The notes under the pieces are model-generated. The model had not been told where the DNA came from. It worked only from the letters and a program-made list of their open reading frames with translations, and ran no database searches. The translations under genes and the position numbers were made by a program. A DNA stretch of 64,000 nt from Planctomycetota bacterium (lineage in GTDB: Bacteria; Planctomycetota; PLA2; JAEUHO01): NCBI GenBank assembly GCA_050248855.1, contig JBFWRP010000002.1:160001-224000 (forward strand). The letters run 5' to 3'. The first letter of the stretch is position 1. The number at the start of each line of letters is the position of its first letter. Positions 10,128 to 18,080 of this stretch are shown piece after piece.

Positions 10128-11285
10128 CTACTCGACACTCTCCTCCTCACCGCTCTCCGCGGACTCGTCGGCAACCGGCTCTTCGGCGTCCTCCGAGGGC
10201 GTGGGGCTCGGCGCGGGCGTCGGCTCGTCGGGGCGCGTCTCCGGTCCGATCGGGACGGCCTTGATCCGCTTGACGCCGCCTTCGACGACCTCGACCAGAC
10301 GCACGCGCTCCTTGGGCGCGTCCGACGTCGGCGCGACGGGCGTGGGCATCAGGTCTTCGACCGCGATCTCGATGTCGGGGATGCGCCCCGCGTCGCCGCC
10401 CTTCGAACTGCCCTGGCCGCGCATGGCAACCTGGATCCTTGCGCCCAAGGCAAGTGCCTGCTCGAGAGCGGCGACCTCAGCCGGATCGATCGCGATCACG
10501 ATTTCCTCGAGCGGCTTGTTGCGCGGGTTGGGGCGCACCGCCGGCGCGCTGCCAGCCACCTCCTCGCGACGATGCACCGGCTGGACGACCGTGCCTCCCT
10601 CGACAACGACCTTCACCTCGGCCATGCGACGCTTGATCGTGGGTGCCTCCGGCGGCGGCTCCTGATCGGCCGCGTGGAGCGGTGCGTAGGGGCCCTCGAT
10701 GTCGAGATCGCTCGCGCGACTGCGGGGCATGCGCTTCGGGGCCTCGATCTCCACCTCGGTCGTCATCACGACGTCGAACTCATCGCCCTGGTTGAGGCCA
10801 TGCAGCCCGGGAATGTCGCTGGCCTTGAGGCGCATCGCACGCTTGCCGGCGGGAATGCCGGCAGTCGGGCCGGGGCGCGTTCCGATCGGATACAGGTCGG
10901 ACTGCCGAATGACGCGCATGGGATCCAGGTCGTGACGGGCCACCCGGCCGACGACCTGCGCAAAGGACGTGAGCATGTCCTCGGCGACTGCGGCGCGATT
11001 GACACGCAAGGTCGACATGCCCTTGCCGTTGGGCCGCGTCACGTGCAGGCCCGTGATCTCGGCGTACGCCGGAATCGGCCGGCCCACGACGAGGATCTCG
11101 ACGGAGTTGGGATCCGGAGCAGGCGCCGGCGGCGGGGTGTCGGCCGTGAGGAAGGGCAGCGTGATCGCGCCCGTGCTGTGCAGCAGGAGGGCGCCGCCGC
11201 AGACGGCGAGCAGCGTGATCATGATCGCGGTCGCGGTGGAGCTGGCGCCGCCGTGGCGCTTGCGTCCGTAGTTCTGGTTGACCAT
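10128..11285 (-). CDS. cpaB: CpaB/RcpC-like SAF-domain pilus assembly protein
   Basis: N-terminal TM, VVGRVARHDL (SAF), GIPAGKRAM, GDEFDVV; tad context. Confidence 0.75.
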   Translation of the reverse strand: MVNQNYGRKRHGGASSTATAIMITLLAVCGGALLLHSTGAITLPFLTADTPPPAPAPDPNSVEILVVGRPIPAYAEITGLHVTRPNGKGMSTLRVNRAAVAEDMLTSFAQVVGRVARHDLDPMRVIRQSDLYPIGTRPGPTAGIPAGKRAMRLKASDIPGLHGLNQGDEFDVVMTTEVEIEAPKRMPRSRASDLDIEGPYAPLHAADQEPPPEAPTIKRRMAEVKVVVEGGTVVQPVHRREEVAGSAPAVRPNPRNKPLEEIVIAIDPAEVAALEQALALGARIQVAMRGQGSSKGGDAGRIPDIEIAVEDLMPTPVAPTSDAPKERVRLVEVVEGGVKRIKAVPIGPETRPDEPTPAPSPTPSEDAEEPVADESAESGEEESVE

Positions 11286-11323
11286 CGGGGGGTGATCTCC
11301 GTCGTGGCGGCGAGGGGCTCGAG

Positions 11324-12244
11324 CTAGTCGAACACTTCGCGCGTCATGACCATTTGGGCAGTGAGAAGCTTGCGGAACGGGCGGACCGTCTGGCCCTGGG
11401 CGTAGAGACGACCCAGGCCGTACGTGCCGGCGTAGGCGCCGGCGGCGCCGTCGTCGGCCAAGGTGGCGCCGGGCGCGACGTTGGACTCGCTGACGCCGTT
11501 GTCATCGGCCAGGATCGGCGTCGAAACGTTGGGGGCGGTCGGTCCGCCCGGGGCCTGCAGGTAGCCCGTCATCATCGCGGCCTGCCACGGGTAGTTGATG
11601 CGAATGGCCACGAGGCCCCGCTCGGGCATGCCGGCGGGCGTGTTCATGCTGAACGGGCTGGCGCCGGGATAGCTGGCGTTCTGGATCTCCTCGATCACGG
11701 GGACCCAGCGGATCGTCTCGCGCCCGTCGCCGTCGCGGCCCTCGACCAGCGGGATGCCCACGGTCAGGCCGCTCGGCGTGCTGGCATCGACCAGGAGCGC
11801 GCCCGGGTAGCGCAGCAAGCGGCGACCGTCGCGACGCTCGAAGATCATGAGCGGTCGCAGCATCTTGTTGAGCACCGGCAACGAGTCGCTGAACTCCTCC
11901 AGCGTCAGGCCGCCGGGGATGTTGTCCAGGTCGATCACCAAGTGCGCAGGCTCGTACACGCGCTGGCGGACCACGGGGTCCTGCAGCGCCTGCTCCAGCG
12001 TCATGCCGGCCGGCAGCGGGATGGTGGCCAGCTCGCGTGCCGTGGCGCGTGCCGCGTCCTGTACGGCGTGGGCGGAGAAGAACAGCCGCCCGAAGTCGAT
12101 CACGACCGCGATCAGCAGGTACATGAGCAGTGCGATGAAGGCGAACTCGACCAGGATGGCGCCGCGCATGGACTGGCGCGTGCGTCGGCCGCGGATCGTC
12201 GCGCGGTCGGGAGCGTCGTGGATGGCGGTGGGGGGGAGGGCCAT
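11324..12244 (-). CDS. tadE: TadE-like pseudopilin
   Basis: Class III leader RG/AILVEFA, then IDFGRLFF...DAARATARE. Confidence 0.8.
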   Translation of the reverse strand: MALPPTAIHDAPDRATIRGRRTRQSMRGAILVEFAFIALLMYLLIAVVIDFGRLFFSAHAVQDAARATARELATIPLPAGMTLEQALQDPVVRQRVYEPAHLVIDLDNIPGGLTLEEFSDSLPVLNKMLRPLMIFERRDGRRLLRYPGALLVDASTPSGLTVGIPLVEGRDGDGRETIRWVPVIEEIQNASYPGASPFSMNTPAGMPERGLVAIRINYPWQAAMMTGYLQAPGGPTAPNVSTPILADDNGVSESNVAPGATLADDGAAGAYAGTYGLGRLYAQGQTVRPFRKLLTAQMVMTREVFD

Positions 12245-12271
12245 CGGTCGTCTCCTCTCGGGGCGCGGGGG

Positions 12272-12691
12272 TCAGAAGGTCAGTGCCAGGACGTAGCCCA
12301 CGAGGAAGGCGGGTCCCAGCACCACGTCGCGACTCCCCTTGCGGAGTGCCACGAACGCCAGCAAACCGCCCACGAGGGCGATCCACGGCAGGAAGAGCAG
12401 CAACTTCAAGGGCCCGAAACAGGCCCCGAGGCCCGCCAACACCTTCCCGTCGCCACCGCCCAGGGCTCCCAGGCGGAAGGCGACCAAGCCGATGCCGAGA
12501 CCCGTCGCGAGCCCGAGCGCCAGGTCGCCCCAGCCGGGCTCCCACCAGCCGAGCGCCCGGACCGCGATCGCCCAGCCCAGGAGGGCCAGGGAGAAGAGGT
12601 CCGGGATCTTGCCGGTGAAGGCGTCGTGGACGGCGACCCCGAAGAGGATCACGGCCGGCACCCAGAACGCCGGTGACGAGAAGATCAGCAT
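12272..12691 (-). CDS. cpaA: Prepilin peptidase (A24) TadV/CpaA
   Basis: Catalytic Asp motifs HD...KIPD and GGGDGK; multi-TM. Confidence 0.9.
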   Translation of the reverse strand: MLIFSSPAFWVPAVILFGVAVHDAFTGKIPDLFSLALLGWAIAVRALGWWEPGWGDLALGLATGLGIGLVAFRLGALGGGDGKVLAGLGACFGPLKLLLFLPWIALVGGLLAFVALRKGSRDVVLGPAFLVGYVLALTF

Positions 12692-12697
12692 CGGGAC

Positions 12698-12729
12698 GCT
12701 CCGCCTCCGCGCGGACGCGGAGGCGGAGC
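12698..12729 (-). terminator. Strong stem-loop between flp and the prepilin peptidase gene
   Basis: Perfect 14-bp inverted repeat GCTCCGCCTCCGCG-cgga-CGCGGAGGCGGAGC; no U-tract. Confidence 0.6.
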
Positions 12730-12755
12730 TCCGTTCTCCAAGGAGCGGACGACGG

Positions 12756-13112
12756 CTACGGGCCCGCGGGCGGGTAGGCCGTGACGAGCTCCGTCAGCTG
12801 GTCCTGGTCGAAGCCCAGGTTGTTGCCGAGGCGCTGCTCGCCGCTCTGGTTGAGGATCGTCTCGACGTCGACGGCGATGTCACCGTTCGCGTTCGTGTGC
12901 GTCTCGATGAGACGACCCGAGGCGATGGGGTTGTTGTCGTCGTTGCTGACGCCGGGAATGATCGTCGCGGACGAGCCGATCAGGTCGCTGGTCTTGTGAC
13001 CGAGCAACGAGACGGCCGCGACCGCCACGATCGCGATGCCTGCCACGAGCAGGGCGTACTCGACGAGAGCCGCGCCCTTCTTGTCGCGCAGGAACGTGCG
13101 AATGAGCTTCAT
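12756..13112 (-). CDS. flp: Flp pilin with C-terminal extension (118 aa)
   Basis: MKLIRTFLRDKKG/AALVEYALLVAGIA Flp motif; GGAGA RBS upstream. Confidence 0.9.
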   Translation of the reverse strand: MKLIRTFLRDKKGAALVEYALLVAGIAIVAVAAVSLLGHKTSDLIGSSATIIPGVSNDDNNPIASGRLIETHTNANGDIAVDVETILNQSGEQRLGNNLGFDQDQLTELVTAYPPAGP

Positions 13113-13423
13113 GCGTGATATCTCCGGGGGGAACGAGAAGAGGGCTGGCCTGACACGGGTCGTCCCGCGCCTTGCCAGCCCCCCTGCCATGTCGGTGACG
13201 CGCCCGGGCTGGGCGGCCACAAGTCGGGTGAGTGTCGTCGTGCCGGGAGCAGCGAGAGCCGGGTGCTTCGCCGCCGTGGCATCCCCCTCACCATCGGCAG
13301 TCAGGAGGGCGGTACCCGAGGGGAACTTCGGGCGGCCATCCGTCAGGCATGTCGAGGGGGGACTGGATCCTCCGGGCGAAGCGCGCCGTGGCTGCCGGAC
13401 AGCCTGCGGCCTCGCCAATGCGG

Positions 13424-15352
13424 TCAGCGACCGCTGCGGTAGAGAACGTGCTCGGCGAGGTCCGGGTAGGCCCACAGGCGGGCCTTGCGGGTCGGCTCGC
13501 GCAGCACGACGGGCCGCACGACCACGACGAGCTGGAACTCGTCGCCTTCGCGCTCGTAGCCCTTGAAGAGGTCGCCCACGAGCGGCGCCTCGGAAAGCCC
13601 CGGCGTCTGGTTGGTCGTCGCCGAGACGTTGCGGGTGATGAGACCGCCGAGCAAGAGCGACTGCCCGTCAGCGAGCTTGGCCGTCGTCTGCAGCGAGCGC
13701 GTCCGGAAGGCCGTCGTGGTCTGGGCCGTGCCGGTGCTCTCGCGGATGCCCGCGGTCAGGTTGGCATCGGGCAGGCTGATCGTGGGGGCGACGTCCAGGG
13801 TGATCTGTCCGCGCTCGCCGACGAGCGGGCGCACGTTGAGCTGCACGCCAAAGGGCCGGAACTCGACGGAGTTCAGGATGCCGTCGGTCGTGATGTTGGT
13901 CGCGACCGACTGGGGGATCGGGATCTCGCCGCCGACCTGGAACGAAGCCTGCTCGCCCGAGAGCACGGTGAGCGAGGGACGGGAGAGGCTGCGCGCGTAG
14001 CCCGTCTGCTCGAGCAGGCGCAGCAAGCTGTCGAACGCGAAGTTGTCGCCGGCGATCTGCAGCTGGTTGCTGAGCGTGCCCGAGAGGAACGCGAAGACGT
14101 TCTGGACGTCGGGGTCCTCACCCTGGTTGCCCACGCGGCGCGCGCCGCCACCCTGCAGCGTGCCGGCGCCCGTGCCCGCCACCCGCGCCGGGTTGAAGCT
14201 GCCCTGGCGGAAGTTGCTGGCGAACAAGCCGAAGTCGGAATTGAAGGCCTTGAGCTTGGTGCAGTTGACTTCGTAGAGCTCGATGTCCACGCGTACCTGG
14301 GGCAGGTCGGTGACTTCCACGAAGGAGAGGATCCGACCGCGTCCGGCCTCGATGACCTTGGCGCGACCCACGTTGGCCTCGATCAGGTTGCGCAGCGTCG
14401 ATGAGCTGCTGCCCAGCAGCTGGGACAGGCCGCGGACGGTGCTGCCCGTGTTGGTGCCGCCGCCGCTCGCCTGGCCCGCCAACGCGCCGGACTCATCCGC
14501 GCGCACCTCGATGGAGTCCTCGCGGCTGTTGCCGAGCAGGCTCTGGGCCACGCTCAGCGCGCGGATCAGGGTGGTCTGCGTGTCGATCTGGCCGGTCAAC
14601 ACGAAGATGTCGGTTTCGTCCGAAGCGACGCGGCCCTTCACGAGACGGCGAACGACGACGTTGCGCGCACCCAGCTCGTGGATGGCGTCCTGTATGCGGT
14701 CCTCGAGCCGACCGGGCAGGCTCTCGACGCGGATCAAGTTGATCACGGCCGCGGACGTGCGCAGTTCTTCGATGGGCTCGATGACCGGCTGGTCGTCGAC
14801 GGCGCCGGCGTCACCACCCTCCCCGCCGTCGGGCGTGACGACGCGCACACCCGGCGAACCGCGGCGACGCGAGCCGCGCGCGGCGTCGAGGTAGCGCTGC
14901 GCCATCTCCTCGGCGGCGTTGGCGTAGGTGATGTCCGGCACGGTGCCGCGCAACACCACCGCGTCGCGATCGGGGGCCGAGGCCACCTGGATGGACGGGT
15001 GCACGTCGCGCAGGGCGGCCTCGAGCAAGGAGAGGTCCCGGCGCACGTGGAAGAGGTACGAGCGGGTCGTGCCGTCCGCGAACCAGACCATCAGGCTCGT
15101 GCGCCCGAGCTCCCGCCCGAGGACCAAGCCCTCGCGCAGACTCAGCTCCTCGAACGTGACGACGTCCGGATTCGCGACGGCAACGCGCGCGAAGTCGCGG
15201 TCGAAGGCGAGACGCGCGTGCGTCGAGACGAGAAGGTCTCGCTCCTCCGTGCTCTCGGCCGCCACGGCGAGCCCGCCGAGCGAAACGAGGACAGCAAGAG
15301 CCACGGCGCGCGCCGTGAAGCGAGCGCGCGCTCGCCAGCTTCCGATTGCCAT
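13424..15352 (-). CDS. cpaC: Flp pilus secretin CpaC/RcpA
   Basis: Signal peptide, RVAVANPDV...GRTSLMVW N-domain, LSGEQASFQVGGEIPI and DGQSLLLGGLI secretin motifs. Confidence 0.9.
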   Translation of the reverse strand: MAIGSWRARARFTARAVALAVLVSLGGLAVAAESTEERDLLVSTHARLAFDRDFARVAVANPDVVTFEELSLREGLVLGRELGRTSLMVWFADGTTRSYLFHVRRDLSLLEAALRDVHPSIQVASAPDRDAVVLRGTVPDITYANAAEEMAQRYLDAARGSRRRGSPGVRVVTPDGGEGGDAGAVDDQPVIEPIEELRTSAAVINLIRVESLPGRLEDRIQDAIHELGARNVVVRRLVKGRVASDETDIFVLTGQIDTQTTLIRALSVAQSLLGNSREDSIEVRADESGALAGQASGGGTNTGSTVRGLSQLLGSSSSTLRNLIEANVGRAKVIEAGRGRILSFVEVTDLPQVRVDIELYEVNCTKLKAFNSDFGLFASNFRQGSFNPARVAGTGAGTLQGGGARRVGNQGEDPDVQNVFAFLSGTLSNQLQIAGDNFAFDSLLRLLEQTGYARSLSRPSLTVLSGEQASFQVGGEIPIPQSVATNITTDGILNSVEFRPFGVQLNVRPLVGERGQITLDVAPTISLPDANLTAGIRESTGTAQTTTAFRTRSLQTTAKLADGQSLLLGGLITRNVSATTNQTPGLSEAPLVGDLFKGYEREGDEFQLVVVVRPVVLREPTRKARLWAYPDLAEHVLYRSGR

Positions 15353-15551
15353 GCCTGACGACCTCCCGGCCCCCCGAGCCAAGGGACAAGCCTAGGCATT
15401 CCGCCCCGTGTAGCCAGCCCCGACTGCGCTCACGCCTCCCTGACGGGGGAAGGGCGCCACGGGCGGAGCCCTGTTTCATGGACGCATGGGCCGCGTTCCG
15501 GCTCGATGTCCGCGGCTGTTCGTCGGTCCAAACCATTACTGGATAACGGGT

Positions 15552-15577
15552 TGCAATTTTGCAGGGACTTTAGTCCC
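15552..15577. promoter_or_regulatory. Adjacent palindromes TGCAATTTTGCA and GGGACTTTAGTCCC upstream of the tad cluster
   Basis: AT-rich patch in GC-rich DNA. The second palindrome matches the core of the DosR/DevR (NarL-family) box GGGACTWWAGTCCC. Confidence 0.5.
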
Positions 15578-15662
15578 AGCCGAGCGTCGAGATTCGTGGA
15601 CGCGGCCTCCCGCGGGGACGTGGCAACGCCTGGACACGTTGCCGTGCGCTGGCGCGGCTACG

Positions 15663-17540
15663 TCAGGGGGTCAGGATCCGCGGCACCAGGAAGCCGGGGT
15701 CGTCGGCCAGCTGCTTGCGGGCGGCCTCGGACAGCTCCGGGTTGGATAGGAGATCCCGATAGAGAGCGAGAGTTGATTCGCCTGCGTCGATGGCTTGGGC
15801 GAGGGTGTAGTTGGCGGCCCGGGCCTTGGGCGCCGGCTCCAGGAGTCGGGGGGCCCACGAGGCGCGCCACGTCGCGAGCGGGTCGTCGAGCAGCACCCGG
15901 TCGGCCTCGGCCAGCTCCAGCCGCTTGGCGAGCAGGTTGCGCGCGGCGTCGACGATGGCGTCTGCGTCGGCCTCGCCCAGCACGGGGCTCGTGTGGATGA
16001 CCATGAGCGTCGGGCAGAGCAGGTCGAGGCCCGCGACGTGTCGCGTCTCGGGCGGAGCCACGATCGCCCGCTGCTCGGCGTCGAGCAGCTCGACGAGGTC
16101 GTCGACGAAACGCGCCTTCAGGCGCACCTCCGCCAGGATCCGCTCGGTCCGGAGTGCGGACGCCAGGCGCTCGCGGGTCGCATCGTGCTCGCGCTCGAAC
16201 GTCTCGCCGAGGGACCCGATGGTGGCGACCTGCGACTCGGTCAGCGGCAAGCCTGCGGCGGCCAAGGCCCCGGCCACCAGGTTGGCCACGGTGATGGGGT
16301 GCGTGAACTCGCCGTTGAACTTGGCGCTCGTCGGGAGGCGGTCCAACACGGCGTACTCGTAGGTACGCATCGTCTCGACGCTCTTCTGCAGGCCGACGAG
16401 GAGGTCGCGCGGCGGCGCCTCGCCGCGCGCCTTGTAGGCGGCCACCTCGCGCACCGCCTTGGAGGTCGCCTCCGAGGCGGCACTGATGACGGCCCAGTCG
16501 GTGTCGCGGACGCCGTCCAGCTGGCCGGCCTTGCCGAACGTGAACGTGGGGCGCGAAGCGGCGTCCTCGTGCTCGTAGCGTTCCAGGCGCTGGCGCACGT
16601 CGGCCAGCTCGGCGCCCAGGCGCGCGTTCTCCGCCCGCAGCGCGCTCCACGTGCTGCCCCCCGGCTCCGTTGCCGTCGTGGCCAAGCCCACACCCGCGGA
16701 CGCCCCATCGTCCATCGGCGCGGACGGGTCGAGCGGTCGGCCCGCGAGCGAAGCCTCGTGCGTGACGCCTGCACCGCCGTCCGGGCTCGCACCCAGCCAG
16801 CCGGCACGGTCGGCGCCCACGCCCGCCGCGGCGCCGAGCCCCACGGAGAGGGCGATCCCGCCCAGCCAAGCCCACTTGGTCGTCACGGTCGTTCCTCCTA
16901 GCAAGGTCGTGGCGATCTCGCCCCACGTCGAGGCGAGCGTCGCGCTCGTGTTGGCGGCGAAGCCACCGCCGGGCAGTGGGACGGCCGGGGCCAGCGCAGC
17001 CAGTCCCGCTGAGATGCCCGCGTCGTTCGTGCAGAGGTGACGCTTCAGACGATCCCGGGCCCGCACGAGGTGCCACGTGAGCGTGGCGCGCGGCATGCCC
17101 AGCACGTCCGCCGCGGTCGCATGCGACCAGCCGGCAACCTGGGTGAGCAGCACGATCTCGCGCTCGACGGCCGGCAGCCGACGGATCGCGGCCTGCAGTG
17201 CGCGGCGGACCTCCGCTCGATCGAGCTGGTCGTCGGGGCCAGCTGCGGAGCCGTCCGTCGGTCCCCAAGCGGCGACGTCCTCGAGGTTGGTCCGCGGCCG
17301 ACGCTTGCGCCGGAGGTTGCGCGCTTCCAGGAAGACGACACGGCGGAACCAAGGCCACGGATCGTCCACCGGGATGCAGTCGGGCTTGCGGGCCGCGGCG
17401 ACGAGCGCCTGCTGCACGGCATCGCGCGCGTCCTCCGCGTGGCGCAGCACGCCGTAGGCGGCGGCCCAGCCCCGCGCCCCGCAGTGGCGGGCCAGGGATT
17501 CCAGGCGCTCGGCGGGGGGCGGGGGAGGGGGCGGGGTCAT
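15663..17540 (-). CDS. ECF sigma-70 factor fused to a TM segment and a C-terminal extracytoplasmic domain
   Basis: Sigma2 (AEDARDAVQQA...PWFRRV) and sigma4 (LPAVEREIVLL...WHLVRARDRLKR), then a TM and about 380 further aa. Confidence 0.85.
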   Translation of the reverse strand: MTPPPPPPPAERLESLARHCGARGWAAAYGVLRHAEDARDAVQQALVAAARKPDCIPVDDPWPWFRRVVFLEARNLRRKRRPRTNLEDVAAWGPTDGSAAGPDDQLDRAEVRRALQAAIRRLPAVEREIVLLTQVAGWSHATAADVLGMPRATLTWHLVRARDRLKRHLCTNDAGISAGLAALAPAVPLPGGGFAANTSATLASTWGEIATTLLGGTTVTTKWAWLGGIALSVGLGAAAGVGADRAGWLGASPDGGAGVTHEASLAGRPLDPSAPMDDGASAGVGLATTATEPGGSTWSALRAENARLGAELADVRQRLERYEHEDAASRPTFTFGKAGQLDGVRDTDWAVISAASEATSKAVREVAAYKARGEAPPRDLLVGLQKSVETMRTYEYAVLDRLPTSAKFNGEFTHPITVANLVAGALAAAGLPLTESQVATIGSLGETFEREHDATRERLASALRTERILAEVRLKARFVDDLVELLDAEQRAIVAPPETRHVAGLDLLCPTLMVIHTSPVLGEADADAIVDAARNLLAKRLELAEADRVLLDDPLATWRASWAPRLLEPAPKARAANYTLAQAIDAGESTLALYRDLLSNPELSEAARKQLADDPGFLVPRILTP

Positions 17541-17589
17541 GGTCCGCTTCCTAACGTCGCGAGCAGGGCTCGCGGTTGGCGGGCCGACA

Positions 17590-17630
17590 AAACGAGCGCG
17601 CCCCCGATCCGCGAGGCGGATCGGGGGCGC
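17590..17630 (-). terminator. Intrinsic terminator after the micro-protein gene
   Basis: Perfect 15-bp stem at 17598-17630 with a 3-nt loop, followed on the minus strand by GCTCGTTTTGT. Confidence 0.75.
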
Positions 17631-17650
17631 CAGATGGCGTCCGGGGCCGA

Positions 17651-17821
17651 CTACCGCTGGGGCTTGGAGGCGGGCTTGGCCGGGGCGGCGGCGGGCTTGG
17701 CGGCGGGGGCCGGGGCAGCCTTGGCCGGGGCGGCGGCGGGCTTCGCGGGGGTCGCGCCGGGCTTCGCCGGGGGGGTGGAGGCCATCTTCGTGGTCTGCGC
17801 GTCGTGCTTCGAAGTGCTCAC
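17651..17821 (-). CDS. 56-aa Pro/Ala/Lys-rich basic micro-protein (histone H1/AlgP-like repeats)
   Basis: GTG start with GGAG upstream; MSTSKHDAQTTKMASTPPAKPGATPAKPAAAPAKAAPAPAAKPAAAPAKPASKPQR; flanked by a promoter and a terminator. Confidence 0.7.
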   Translation of the reverse strand: MSTSKHDAQTTKMASTPPAKPGATPAKPAAAPAKAAPAPAAKPAAAPAKPASKPQR

Positions 17822-17907
17822 GTGCTGTGCTCCAGGGCCCCGCTCTGGGGCCGGTCGGCAGCCGCACCCGGGAACCTCCCCGGGCCACGTGCTGCCGGCG
17901 GTGGGGA

Positions 17908-17923
17908 AGCAGCGGGCGTGCCA
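17908..17923 (-). promoter_or_regulatory. Sigma54 -24/-12 promoter
   Basis: Minus strand reads TGGCACGCCCGCTGCT with exact GG-N10-GC spacing; divergent from a sigma54 activator. Confidence 0.75.
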
Positions 17924-17948
17924 CCCGACCGTCGGTGCGGAGCCGCGC

Positions 17949-17979
17949 GCGCAAGTGGCAGCCGGCAGGGCACTTGCGC
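17949..17979. promoter_or_regulatory. Candidate upstream activator sequence (inverted repeat)
   Basis: GCGCAAGTG-N13-CACTTGCGC between the sigma54 promoter and the activator gene. Confidence 0.45.
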
Positions 17980-18080
17980 CCTGCCCGCGGGCCGCCGCTC
18001 GCCGCGGTGACGCGGCGTCGGACAATGCGCACCTGCCGGGGCTTCGGCGGACGTCCGCCGTCTTTCCGGCGCGAGGCCCC

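Noticed and set aside
13113..13423. c-di-GMP riboswitch or sigma54 promoter upstream of flp
   Set aside because: No riboswitch consensus was recognised by eye, and TGGCAGGGGGGCTGGC has GG-GC spacing one base too long.
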